Counted from the first letter of the stretch, positions 47,508-56,636 are shown. The stretch: 64,000 nucleotides of DNA from an uncultured Candidatus Poseidoniales archaeon (GCA_964342465.1 CAYFFQ010000004.1:95077-159076), one strand, 5' to 3'. The notes: a model not told the origin generated them from the sequence alone. Program-made: numbers and translations.

Positions 47508-48728
47508 TCAAGTCCACTGCTCAATTCTCGTCTGGCGGCTCCTTGTATTGAACCAGCAACCCCTAAGTTTGTTCGGCTGAGAAATCTTCGGAGCGACATG
47601 GTCTATGGCTGAAGAAAGGTTATCGAAAACCAAAGGCTTCTGTTTCATCGCTTCACGCATCGTCTCCCTGATGAGCCAGACACCGACAGGAGCCCAATAT
47701 CCTTCACCTATATCGCGCCAGACAAGGGCAGCCGCTGAACGTCTCCTTCTTTCGAGATTTTCCAGTACGGCGAGTCGTGCAGAATAGTAGGCGCCGGTGA
47801 TGTTGCTCGCGTACGAAGACCTCGGTACATCTTCCTCCCAATCCTCCAAGACCCTCTCATCCTTGCTCCACAGAGAGCCCCCCATCCACACTTCCAACAT
47901 CTGAAACGCCCAGTATTCCGGTGTCAGAATCACTTGGAAATGGTTGTCGAGATAGTCCGCTTGGTAGACCTCAACCTTGTCTATGGTGGGGAAGTCTCGC
48001 ACTTTACTCCAGATTTGTTTTCCGAGCATATCATCCACAGCAGTGATTGACCACCTCGTTGGAACCATACGTCGGCGACTTCTCTGCCCTAACAATCCAG
48101 CCGACAAGAGGCGACTGATATGGGTTTCACCGATGTTAGAGGTGGACAATTCTGAGATGGCAGTGGTGGCGAGAAGATGGGTTTCATCGACAACTCTGTC
48201 CACTTTTTTCGGGATGAATGGGTTGCTGGTGATGTCGGCTCGGACGACCTCACCGCTCGCTGCGTGTGGCCTTGCTAGCGAATCAAAGGTCGGTGTGCCG
48301 GTGAGTCGCAGCGGTTGTGAGAATTGCATTTCCACATCGACATCCTTGGCAGCCATCGCAATTTCCTGAGTGGTGGCCACTACTCGGGAAGGTGACGAAG
48401 CATCCTTCACTGAAACTTCGCTTCGTCCACGCACCAGATTGGCATGGCGGGCTGCGACAACCTCCAATGGTTGTCCGAACAAATCGGCGGGGTCTGCAGG
48501 CGACACCCCCTCCTCTCCCTGCATGGGGGGGTTGGCCTGAGGTCCGATGGAAACCTTGGGGTAGCCATATCTTCCCACGAAAAGAGACGGTGGGCTTGTG
48601 CCGTGAAAGGATTCAATCTGTAGGGCCGAGGAATTCGGCAACTGCCTTCTGACTTCAGCAAGGAGTGGGCACGGCTGAATACCACACATCGACCGCACAC
48701 CGCGACAGTCGAGACACTCGGGGAACAT
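47508..48728 (-). CDS. nreA: Archaeal DNA repair protein NreA (Nre family)
   Basis: The N-terminal Cys-rich MFPECLDCRGVRSMCGIQPCPLL is typical of Nre proteins. 406 aa, with C-terminal GYWAPVGVWLIRE. Confidence 0.65.
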   Translation of the reverse strand: MFPECLDCRGVRSMCGIQPCPLLAEVRRQLPNSSALQIESFHGTSPPSLFVGRYGYPKVSIGPQANPPMQGEEGVSPADPADLFGQPLEVVAARHANLVRGRSEVSVKDASSPSRVVATTQEIAMAAKDVDVEMQFSQPLRLTGTPTFDSLARPHAASGEVVRADITSNPFIPKKVDRVVDETHLLATTAISELSTSNIGETHISRLLSAGLLGQRSRRRMVPTRWSITAVDDMLGKQIWSKVRDFPTIDKVEVYQADYLDNHFQVILTPEYWAFQMLEVWMGGSLWSKDERVLEDWEEDVPRSSYASNITGAYYSARLAVLENLERRRRSAAALVWRDIGEGYWAPVGVWLIRETMREAMKQKPLVFDNLSSAIDHVAPKISQPNKLRGCWFNTRSRQTRIEQWT

Positions 48729-48877
48729 CGCAGTAAACAGTGGTGCGAGAGTTCAAAGCAATATCCCTTCTTCTAGGAGGGGTGAGCCGTGTTCCGGAGG
48801 GGATGGGTTCCTCTCAGGAGTTGACCTCGGCCAGTCCGGCATCACCCTCAAATATGTGATTTGTAGGGGGGGCGGCA

Positions 48878-49120
48878 ATGGTCAGGAAGATGGGAAAGCC
48901 TCGACGCTCCTACGACAGGCAGTGGGACGAGATTGAAGAGATGCTCAGACTTGCCGAGGAGCGGGTGGCCGAGTGGAAGGAGTGGTTCGAGGAGTGCCGC
49001 GACAACGCCGATAAAGAGGGAATGAAGGAAGCAGCGCGGAACTACAAAGCTCTTCAAGGGGTCGTCAAATGTCTCAAGTGGGTGCTCGGCGAAGAAGGGG
49101 TGGACCATCCCCTAGAATGA
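48878..49120 (+). CDS. Small helical hypothetical protein
   Basis: 80 aa, charged and helical (WDEIEEMLRLAEERVAEWKEWFEECRDNADKEGMKEAARNYKAL). No motif recognised. Confidence 0.4.
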   Translation: MVRKMGKPRRSYDRQWDEIEEMLRLAEERVAEWKEWFEECRDNADKEGMKEAARNYKALQGVVKCLKWVLGEEGVDHPLE

Positions 49121-49137
49121 CTCTTCACTCTGCTGTC

Positions 49138-49312
49138 AGTCTCGCAACATGAAGGGGAATGGTCAGCGAGGCTGCTACTCTGTTCAGCGCTCCCGCCCGT
49201 CATCCGATATGACGGTGAAAGGTCCGCGAGGCGGCCACTCTGTTCAGCGCTCCCGCCCGTCACCCGATATGACGGTGAAAGGTCAGCGAGGCGGCCACTC
49301 TGTTCAGCCCTC
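49138..49312. repeat. Tandem repeat, 60 bp unit x ~2.9, each unit with a short hairpin
   Basis: The unit GGTCAGCGAGGCGGCCACTCTGTTCAGCGCTCCCGCCCGTCACCCGATATGACGGTGAAA occurs at 49151, 49211 and 49271 (truncated). The inverted repeat CCGTCAT-CCGAT-ATGACGG lies at 49187-49205. Confidence 0.9.
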
Positions 49313-49447
49313 CCGCCCGTCGCCCTATTATTGGGGGAAAAGTATTTTCAGGTCAGATGGTAATTGGTCACGATAGTCTCCGTGAAATGAACCTGGGCGC
49401 ACCGCCAACATTGATGAAAGGGAGTCATCTCGGCCGCTCTGATTGCG

Positions 49448-50431
49448 ATGGCGATTGACCTCAATGAGATGAGATACGGCACTGAACTGCTGAAGCGTGG
49501 CTTCGCCACGATGCAAGAAGGAGGCGTGATAATGGATGTTGTCACTCCCGAACAGGCGGCTGTTGCGGAGGATGCCGGAGCTAGTGCCGTGATGGCCCTT
49601 GAGAGAGTTCCTGCCGACATCCGAGCAGACGGAGGCGTCGCTCGAATGAGCCATCCGGACCTCATCAATGGAATCATGGAGACGACCAGCATTCCACTCA
49701 TGGCGAAAGCGAGAATCGGACATTCAGAGGAGGCGCGAGTCCTTGAATCCCTCGGTGTGGACATGGTGGATGAATCGGAGGTTCTCACCCCCGCAGACCC
49801 GTTTTTCCACATTCCAAAAAGGGATTTCACTATTCCGTTTGTCTGTGGCTGCACAAACCTTTGGGAGGCTGTGCGGAGAATCCACGAGGGCGCGGCGATG
49901 ATTAGAACCAAGGGGGAAGCCGGCACCGGCAATGTGGTCAGCGCAGTTCAACACGCAAGATTGGTGGCGCAAGAGATTGAGTGGTTGCAATCCTCAGATG
50001 AAGAGGAGTTCACGGATGCTGTCAGCGCCACGATGTCAGCATTCCTTCGCCTTGAGCAATCAAGTGAGGTTGAAATCGAAATGGTTCGGACTCCGTTCGG
50101 TACGGTTGATGAGTGCATCTCCGGAGTCGAGGAGATTCTGAACGACATTGTTCAGAGAGGGAGACTTCCCGTTGTCACCTTCTCAGCTGGCGGTATCGCC
50201 ACCCCTGCTGATGCAGCATTGATGATGAACCATGGAATGGATGGCATATTCGTCGGTTCTGGAATCTTCAAGTCGGAAGACCCCGAGACCACAGCGAGGG
50301 CGATAGTCCACGCCACCCAGCACTTCAGCGATCCTGATGCGATTGCTGAGGCGTGCGCCATGATGGCGGCACCGATGGTGGGTCTAGAGATAGATACCCT
50401 CGAAGTCAGGATGGAAGAGAGGGGTCACTGA
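49448..50431 (+). CDS. pdxS: Pyridoxal 5'-phosphate synthase, synthase subunit PdxS
   Basis: [76 protein letters not shown] and [13 protein letters not shown] form the full PdxS/SNZ signature set. Confidence 0.9.
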   Translation: MAIDLNEMRYGTELLKRGFATMQEGGVIMDVVTPEQAAVAEDAGASAVMALERVPADIRADGGVARMSHPDLINGIMETTSIPLMAKARIGHSEEARVLESLGVDMVDESEVLTPADPFFHIPKRDFTIPFVCGCTNLWEAVRRIHEGAAMIRTKGEAGTGNVVSAVQHARLVAQEIEWLQSSDEEEFTDAVSATMSAFLRLEQSSEVEIEMVRTPFGTVDECISGVEEILNDIVQRGRLPVVTFSAGGIATPADAALMMNHGMDGIFVGSGIFKSEDPETTARAIVHATQHFSDPDAIAEACAMMAAPMVGLEIDTLEVRMEERGH

Positions 50432-50581
50432 ATTCAGACGGAGACATCGTTCACTTCGTTGAATTTGAGTCGCCTGACAATCGTGACCCGTTCTTTTTCT
50501 CATTTCCCATCGCCACATCAAACGTTTCAGTTAGGTGAGTCCGACTGACCTGCCAATTTGAGCCGACTGAGGATAGGACAT

Positions 50582-51364
50582 TCATTCTTCCAGTAGGGCA
50601 GCGAAGCACTGCCAAATCACTCCACGCATGTCTGAGGCCATCGACTCTATAGCGAAGTGGTCGATTTCGGCATCGGCATCGAGGGGATTTTTTCCCGCCG
50701 CCCAGTTGCTGGAGGCTATCAATCCGATGTGAGGGATACCAGTCTCTGCGACGAGTCTTGCTTCTGGCGAAATCGTCATGCTCGCAGCAGTAGCCCCGAG
50801 CCGATGGAAAGCATCGATTTCTGCTGGTGTCTCGAATTGTGGCCCATTCACATGGGAAACGACATGGTCAAGGGACAATTCTTCATCACGTTGCAGCAGT
50901 AGTACATCCCGCAAAAGGTCTCGCAGGTGAGCAGGATAGTGGTTGGTCATATCGGCATGATGAGCATTCTCCTCTGAGAAGGTCACAGGGTTGCTCACAA
51001 GGTCGAGTGTGTGCATCGCCATACCGACGATACCGGGGGGAAATAGTGGGTCCATCGAACCCACCGACTGTATTGAAACGATGGCATCCGGCTGAGTAGC
51101 CTGCGCCGCTTTGACATTGGCGTGGTAGTTGATGAGATGAGGTGGAGTGATTGCCCCCTCCTCTCCGTGGTGGCGATGGATGATGAAAATCTTGGCTTCC
51201 TCATCGCCATTGTCGAGAGAGATGATTTCGACGGGAACATCGCCGTAATCGGTCTCAGCAACTGTCGAATCGGTGTTGGTGATGGAAAATGATGAGCCTG
51301 AGAGGTCGGCTTCAGCGACGAGTTGCTTCATGCCGGTGCCGCCGATGACGGCAACCCGACGCAT
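50582..51364 (-). CDS. MTAP-family purine nucleoside / 5'-methylthioadenosine phosphorylase
   Basis: VAVIGGTGM, IIHRHHGEEGAITPPHLINYHANV, SVGSMDP, NGPQFETPAEI and ASMTISPEARLVAETGIP follow the MTAP/PNP (PNP_UDP_1, trimeric type) motif order. Confidence 0.65.
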   Translation of the reverse strand: MRRVAVIGGTGMKQLVAEADLSGSSFSITNTDSTVAETDYGDVPVEIISLDNGDEEAKIFIIHRHHGEEGAITPPHLINYHANVKAAQATQPDAIVSIQSVGSMDPLFPPGIVGMAMHTLDLVSNPVTFSEENAHHADMTNHYPAHLRDLLRDVLLLQRDEELSLDHVVSHVNGPQFETPAEIDAFHRLGATAASMTISPEARLVAETGIPHIGLIASSNWAAGKNPLDADAEIDHFAIESMASDMRGVIWQCFAALLEE

Positions 51365-51376
51365 CCCCTCATCACC

Positions 51377-52354
51377 TCACTCGCCGAGACGGGCGATGAG
51401 GTCGGCTTTCTTTCCGCTGACCGGCTTGCCAGCCTCTCTGCACATCTCCTTGAGTTGAGCGACAGTCTTGCCACTGAGGTCAACAGCGGCATCTCCTGCC
51501 TCTGCGACTTCAGCCTCGGCCTCTTCGCTCTCTTCCTCAATAACCACATCAGATGCCTCGGTTGAACCGTCAGCCTCCACATCGGAGTTGGAATCATCCG
51601 CTTCCTCTGCTTCATCTAACTCCGATTCTGCCGCTGCTTCTTCAGCCATCGCCTTCTCAAGAGCGGCGGCCTTCTTTGCCGCCATCTCTGCGTTAGCCCG
51701 TTTTTCATCCTCAAAGACTTCCTCGAGGGTTGGACCATCATCGGCGACAACACCAGATTGAATCAACTGAACCTTTCGCATCATCACCGACTTGGTCGGA
51801 TTAACGTTTTTGATTGCATCGATGATCAACTGCTCCATAGAAGTGCCGAGAAGCCCTTTCTGAACGTCGAGCCAAGTGTGGCTGGCGGTGTGTTGGAGGA
51901 TGGAATCGCGCATCAATTTGCGAATCTGACTCTTCTGGGAAGTCTTCAATCGAGCTGATGCGATGACAGTCGGTTTCATACGGATGTAGTATCCATCGGC
52001 AGTGACACAATCAATCACATCATCGACTCTTCCACGGTGGCGACGAATCTGCCGGCGCACATGGTCGTTGCCGATGGCCGAACCGATGAATTCGGTGAGG
52101 GCATCCTCACCGCGCGTCTCCGTGACGCGGAATCGCAACTTGACATTCATCTTGGAGAAGTCTCCATCGACTTCATTCTGTGTCGTTTCGTAGATTCTTC
52201 CCAACAGGTGTTCCGCCGTCTCACCAAGAGTCTCCCCAATAACCTTGTATTGCCACGGTAGTCGAGGTGCGCGGATGGTGTACCATCTCTTGGCCTTCCA
52301 TTTGTCCCTCTGCTTTCTCGCTGCTGCTCTCGCCTTTGCTCCTTTCGCGGCCAT
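51377..52354 (-). CDS. rps3ae: Ribosomal protein eS1 (S3Ae) with ~120 aa acidic + SAP-like C-terminal extension
   Basis: The N-terminal 200 aa (KDKWKAKRWYTIRAP...IGETLG...GRIYETTQNEV...KLRFRV) is canonical S3Ae. It is followed by an E/D/A-rich linker and the terminal LSGKTVAQLKEMCREAGKPVSGKKADLIARLGE. Confidence 0.9.
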   Translation of the reverse strand: MAAKGAKARAAARKQRDKWKAKRWYTIRAPRLPWQYKVIGETLGETAEHLLGRIYETTQNEVDGDFSKMNVKLRFRVTETRGEDALTEFIGSAIGNDHVRRQIRRHRGRVDDVIDCVTADGYYIRMKPTVIASARLKTSQKSQIRKLMRDSILQHTASHTWLDVQKGLLGTSMEQLIIDAIKNVNPTKSVMMRKVQLIQSGVVADDGPTLEEVFEDEKRANAEMAAKKAAALEKAMAEEAAAESELDEAEEADDSNSDVEADGSTEASDVVIEEESEEAEAEVAEAGDAAVDLSGKTVAQLKEMCREAGKPVSGKKADLIARLGE

Positions 52355-52527
52355 GTCTGAACACCTGTGGTCTTTCGGGGGCTACCCCATCAGCACCCCG
52401 CCGACCTACCCTCACTATTTGAACTAAACCTCAATGAAAAGGCACTAACCGTAGAGCGAGAAGAGTGCTATTGACATCCACCCACAAGTCTTGTCAGACA
52501 GTCGTCTTTCATTTTTCCCTCGGCATC

Positions 52528-52535
52528 ATAAATTA
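52528..52535 (+). promoter_or_regulatory. Candidate TATA box for the downstream (probably leaderless) gene
   Basis: ATAAATTA is centred ~27 nt upstream of the ATG at 52558. The spacing fits an archaeal TATA-to-TSS distance with a leaderless mRNA. Confidence 0.35.
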
Positions 52536-52557
52536 GGGAGAACCCGTCCACGCGCCC

Positions 52558-53088
52558 ATGCCCCTCCCCCTGCACAGGTTGGAGTATGTCGTTCACGCAT
52601 CTGGTCTCGCTGAAATCAACATAATATGCGATGCACTGGCTTGGCTGGTCGGTGACGAGAGACTGGTTGCGGTTGAAGAGACCAAATCATTTCACAACTC
52701 TCCACTCTACATCATTACCGCCACAAGCGCCAAGAAAGGAGATGCGAGAAGAGCCCTCCCACGCCTCGGGGAGAGAACTCTATCTCTTCTGGCCGGAGGA
52801 CTCGAATTGAGGTTGGATGAGGAGAACAACCTCCACTTTCGTCTAAGTCTCGATGAACTGGTGGCCGGCGAGATTGTTCTCATCAGCGCCACACACCCGA
52901 TGACTCCAGTGAAGGCAAAGTGCAAGTTGGAAGTCTATCCTCGGGATACGCCATTAGAGGTGGCGGCAACAATGCTTGCAGATGCGGCAGAGGTGGCACG
53001 GCGGAGAAATCTCCCCGAGAAACCTCCCCTGTATAGGATAACAGATGAGGAGCCCATTTCACATGAAAAAAATGAGAGCCCCACCTGA
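52558..53088 (+). CDS. DUF54/COG1931-like predicted RNA-binding protein
   Basis: LEYVVHASGLAE..ICDALAWLVG...EETKSFHNSPLYIITATSAKK...LELRLDEENNLHFRLSLDELVAGEIVL matches the ...RIDEE..LYLRLDKQ.A..G pattern I recall for this archaeal family. Unverified. Confidence 0.45.
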   Translation: MPLPLHRLEYVVHASGLAEINIICDALAWLVGDERLVAVEETKSFHNSPLYIITATSAKKGDARRALPRLGERTLSLLAGGLELRLDEENNLHFRLSLDELVAGEIVLISATHPMTPVKAKCKLEVYPRDTPLEVAATMLADAAEVARRRNLPEKPPLYRITDEEPISHEKNESPT

Positions 53089-53170
53089 TGACCCACTCCG
53101 CATGAAAACTCACCTGATGACCCACTTCACATCAACATGTGCGAGCACACCACCTGATGGCTCACTCCGC
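53082..53170. repeat. Three copies of a ~20 bp motif that includes the stop codon of the upstream gene
   Basis: CACCTGATGACCCACTCCGC (53082), CACCTGATGACCCACTTCAC (53111) and CACCTGATGGCTCACTCCGC (53151). The first copy contains the gene's TGA (53086-53088). Confidence 0.8.
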
Positions 53171-53335
53171 AGTATCATTCGCCTGAGACCCCTCTGGGAT
53201 AAACCAACTTAGGAAGCCAAATTGGTGAGAGGTTCCCCCCCTCTCCACACAACCATTCCGAGACTGGATTGCGCTACGGAGAAGATGAGTAAGTTCATAG
53301 ATGAGTGAGGGGCAGGGTCGCATTGAGGAATTGGA

Positions 53336-53608
53336 ATGCCCCACATAGTGACATCAGGATGCGTTGACAAGAAGTACCAGGAATGCGTGGCTGTCTGCCC
53401 GGTTGAGGCCTTCAGGGAGGCGGCCACATATCTGGTGATTGACCCCGATGAGTGCATTGATTGTGCTGCCTGTGTCGCCGAGTGCCCTGAAGAGGCGATA
53501 TTCGCAGATACCGATGTCCCTAGTGATGAAGAGGAGTGGATTGAGAGAAATGAGAAGGAAGCAATCCAACTACCCGTCGCGGAAGGCGATTCACCGGTTC
53601 TCGCTTGA
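53336..53608 (+). CDS. fdxA: 7Fe-type ([3Fe-4S][4Fe-4S]) ferredoxin, FdxA-like
   Basis: [56 protein letters not shown] is near-identical in pattern to Azotobacter-type FdxA (C..KY..CV.VCPV.CF...L.I.PDECIDC..C..ECP). Confidence 0.85.
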   Translation: MPHIVTSGCVDKKYQECVAVCPVEAFREAATYLVIDPDECIDCAACVAECPEEAIFADTDVPSDEEEWIERNEKEAIQLPVAEGDSPVLA

Positions 53609-53704
53609 GACGAATCACCTTCACCCCCACCCTTTCGCAGACAGTCATTCGTGACTTGCGTTCCATCGGCAATTATTTTCACCTCTCTGATAGACCCCCC
53701 CGTC

Positions 53705-54115
53705 ATGAGTGAGAGGGCGCGCGATGTGAGTGAGTGGATGGCTCATCCGAGACAAGCAGAGGTGGGGGATGCCCCTCGCCCCGATGGTTCATGGGAGACG
53801 ATGATGTGCCGAGTGGCGAGATTCCATGCGAAACACGATTTCGCTTCTCCTGACAACAATGGGCATGACATGGGCTACAGACTCGCTCTAATGATTGAGG
53901 AGTTGGGTGAGTTGTCGGCCGCCATCACCAAGCGCAAGCCGGCCGAAGAGGCTGCTGAGGAGTTGGCTGATGTATTCATTCTCACGCTCGGGAATGCTCT
54001 GGCGATGGAAGTCGATTTGGAAGCGGTTTTTCACCAGAAGATGGACCGCATCATGCAGCGCAAGGCGAGGCGAGGAAATCTCGGCATTCGCGTCACCGAA
54101 TACACCGATGAATAA
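53705..54115 (+). CDS. MazG-like nucleotide pyrophosphohydrolase
   Basis: LALMIEELGELSAAI...AAEELADVFILTLGNA...FHQKMDRIMQR shows the EExxE/ExxD helix pair of all-alpha NTP pyrophosphatases. Start at ATG 53705 (MSERARD). Confidence 0.65.
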   Translation: MSERARDVSEWMAHPRQAEVGDAPRPDGSWETMMCRVARFHAKHDFASPDNNGHDMGYRLALMIEELGELSAAITKRKPAEEAAEELADVFILTLGNALAMEVDLEAVFHQKMDRIMQRKARRGNLGIRVTEYTDE

Positions 54116-54173
54116 TGATGATGCGGCAACCCATCCAAAAAGGATGGCTGCTAGACGGGGCAGGCCGACTCGG

Positions 54174-54677
54174 TCAGGACTTTGGCTCATAGGTGGCGAA
54201 TGCCATGTCATACTGGTTGTGTTCGTTTGCCCTTAAAGTTTCACGGCGGATCTCATCCCAATCATCCCAGTTGATGTATGGGAACCAAGTATCCCCTCCA
54301 CCAACCTTTGCCTTCACATGAGTCACCAGCAATCTGTCACAATGGGGAAGAAGCGTGGCATAGATGGCTCCTCCGCCGATGACCCAAGCCCACCCATCCA
54401 TTCCAGCATCGATTCCAGCGACATCCAAGGCATCGTCAATCGAATGAACGATTGTCACTCCGCCGACATACCACTCCATATCTCTAGTGAGGACAATATT
54501 CAATCGCCCCGGTAGGGCGCGGCCAATCGCCTCGTATGTCTTCCGCCCCATGATTATCGGGCAACCCAATGTGCTTCGCTTGAAGTGAGCGAGGTCGGCA
54601 GGCAAGTGCCACGGCATCACTCCATCTCTGCCTATGACTCCATCCTCGTCCATGGCGACTATCATTCCGAGTTTCAC
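54174..54677 (-). CDS. folA: Dihydrofolate reductase
   Basis: MIVAMDEDGVIGRDGVMPWHLPADLAHFKRSTLGCPIIMGRKTYEAIGRALPGRLNIVLTR is the classic DHFR N-terminal signature. Confidence 0.9.
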   Translation of the reverse strand: MKLGMIVAMDEDGVIGRDGVMPWHLPADLAHFKRSTLGCPIIMGRKTYEAIGRALPGRLNIVLTRDMEWYVGGVTIVHSIDDALDVAGIDAGMDGWAWVIGGGAIYATLLPHCDRLLVTHVKAKVGGGDTWFPYINWDDWDEIRRETLRANEHNQYDMAFATYEPKS

Positions 54678-54721
54678 GATTCATCGCCTCCTGCTGGTCG
54701 CTGTCGCTACGGTTTGAAGAA

Positions 54722-55516
54722 TCACACACTTATAGGTGCAGCGATATGTGGATGGTGGTTATAGTCAATAATCTTAATGTCGTCGTAAGAGAAGTCGTCT
54801 ATCTCACTACACTCGGGGTTGAGCCATAGTTCCGGCAGTTTGAGAGGGGTCCTTCCGACCTGTTCCCTCGCTTGGTCTAGGTGGTTGAGATAGAGATGAG
54901 CATCTCCAATGGTGTGGACAAATTCTCCCGGTTTCAAACCGCATACCTGTGCCATCATGCAAGTCAACAGACTATATGATGAGATGTTGAATGGGACGCC
55001 GAGAAAAACATCGGCACTTCTCTGATAGAGTTGGCATGATAACTCGCCGTTGGCGACATAGAATTGGAAGAACGCATGACATGGCATCAGTGCCATCTCA
55101 TCTAGTTCACCAACATTCCATGCAGAAATGATGATTCTACGCGACTGCGGATTTTCACGCAGAGTCCGAACCGCTCTTCTCACTTGGTCGACCACTCGGC
55201 CATCTTTGCCCTCCCAGGCGCGCCACTGTTTCCCGTAGACGGGTCCCAGTTCACCACCCTCGTCCGCCCATTCATCCCATATTCTGACCCCGTTGTTCTG
55301 GAGGTAGTGCACATTCGTGTCTCCGGAGAGGAACCACAGTAGTTCGTGAATGACGCTCGGCCAGTGAACCCGTTTGGTGGTTATAGCGGGAAATCCCCTT
55401 CTCAGGTCATACCTTGTCTGGTGACCGAAAATCGAGAGGGTCCCCGTGCCGGTGCGGTCGTCCCTCTCCACTCCCTCGGAGAGGATGCCTCGCAGGAGTT
55501 GCAGATACTGTTCCAT
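54722..55516 (-). CDS. thyA: Thymidylate synthase (ThyA type)
   Basis: [41 protein letters not shown] (catalytic Cys), [13 protein letters not shown]. 264 aa. Confidence 0.95.
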   Translation of the reverse strand: MEQYLQLLRGILSEGVERDDRTGTGTLSIFGHQTRYDLRRGFPAITTKRVHWPSVIHELLWFLSGDTNVHYLQNNGVRIWDEWADEGGELGPVYGKQWRAWEGKDGRVVDQVRRAVRTLRENPQSRRIIISAWNVGELDEMALMPCHAFFQFYVANGELSCQLYQRSADVFLGVPFNISSYSLLTCMMAQVCGLKPGEFVHTIGDAHLYLNHLDQAREQVGRTPLKLPELWLNPECSEIDDFSYDDIKIIDYNHHPHIAAPISV

Positions 55517-55588
55517 ACCGACGCCGAACCTCCCGCGTGTGAGCCGGCACTAAGAACAATGCGCTTCGCTCGCCGATTGCGTGAAGCC

Positions 55589-56368
55589 TCAAGGGGCTCC
55601 GAGTGCTTGAATAGTGGCGATGCTCTGATTGGTGAATTTTCGAAAGAGATTGCGCAGTTTCTCTCTTCTTTCCTCGTCGGCCATCGCTTCGAGTTCATCA
55701 ACATCAGATTCGGATAATCCACCCCCGCGTGCATGACCGACCCAATCATTCCAGGTGATTGAACTGGAGAACCTCAACTCGGTTCGTTTCCAGGTGCGGG
55801 GGAGGAATGGTTCCCCTGGGGCGAGGATGTCCCTCGCTCCATCGATGCCACAGAAGATTACTGGTGTGTCCGGAAATGCCGCGGCTATGCGGGCAATTCC
55901 AGTCTTACCCCTAGCTAGGAATGGTGGTGTGGTTCGGCGAGAGCGAGTTCCTTCAGGGAAGATTCCCAACGGCATACCGGCTGAAAGGACATCCGCCGCT
56001 CTCGCCAGCGCATCGTCACCCCCCCTCTCGCGATTCGTCTCGACTTGGCCTGTGGACAGCATCAACTGCTTCCAGCCATGTTTGCGGAAGTGTTCGTCCT
56101 TGGCGAGATAGAAGAGTTTGCGGCGGGAGGAGAAAATCGCCAACACCGGGTCGAGGTGGGAGAGATGATTGGCGGCGACGATGGCTGCTCCTCTTCTCGG
56201 AATGTGTTCACTGCCGTAGACTCTGAGTCTGGTGACGATGTTGATGAGTGGAACAGCAAAATTAAGCAGGCCGGAGTAGATGGGTGTTGGTGGGAGCGGC
56301 CTGCCTGCAGGTGCGACAGAAGTCATTCGGGCGAGGCGAGCTTTTGCGTCGTCACTGAGGCTACTCAT
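55589..56368 (-). CDS. PlsC-family (lysophospholipid / 1-acyl-sn-glycerol-3-phosphate) acyltransferase
   Basis: HX4D catalytic motif in VAANHLSHLDPV, plus GIFPEGTRS and PVIFCGIDG blocks. Start placed at ATG 56368 (MSSLSDD). The ORF extends to an ATG at 56500. Confidence 0.75.
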   Translation of the reverse strand: MSSLSDDAKARLARMTSVAPAGRPLPPTPIYSGLLNFAVPLINIVTRLRVYGSEHIPRRGAAIVAANHLSHLDPVLAIFSSRRKLFYLAKDEHFRKHGWKQLMLSTGQVETNRERGGDDALARAADVLSAGMPLGIFPEGTRSRRTTPPFLARGKTGIARIAAAFPDTPVIFCGIDGARDILAPGEPFLPRTWKRTELRFSSSITWNDWVGHARGGGLSESDVDELEAMADEERREKLRNLFRKFTNQSIATIQALGAP

Positions 56369-56527
56369 CGCTTCGTTGCGATACCTTCTCGGTATTGACG
56401 ATTGCTCCGTAGTGACATTCTGATGACTGGTTTCAACATCCGAACGGGAAAGTCCACTATAACCAACACACGACCTGTTGGTGGCTGAAAAAATCGCCAC
56501 TTTTCACTCTTTCATGGAGTGTTGACA

Positions 56528-56636
56528 GTATACGATTCCGAGAGTGTGTTGCATGTCGTTCCACGTGAGGGAACGGTGTGCCTTGTGGCGCGACCAGCGG
56601 TATACGATTCCGATAGTGTGTTGCATGTCGTTCCAC
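56528..56636. repeat. Two-copy direct repeat, 37 bp core, 72 bp period
   Basis: GTATACGATTCCGAGAGTGTGTTGCATGTCGTTCCAC (56528-56564) and GTATACGATTCCGATAGTGTGTTGCATGTCGTTCCAC (56600-56636), with 1 mismatch. The intervening 35 bp is unique. Confidence 0.85.

Noticed and set aside
49149-49376. 75 aa ORF with a 20-aa peptide repeat across the 60 bp array.
   Set aside because: The frame is preserved only because 60 is divisible by 3. There is no convincing start context or known motif, and the unit carries a hairpin suggestive of a nucleic-acid-level function. It remains a residual possibility in the corresponding finding.
53162-53706. Minus-strand ORFs 53209-53706 (165 aa) and 53162-53344.
   Set aside because: They are antisense to the strongly supported 7Fe ferredoxin gene and overlap the repeat region. 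No motifs are present.
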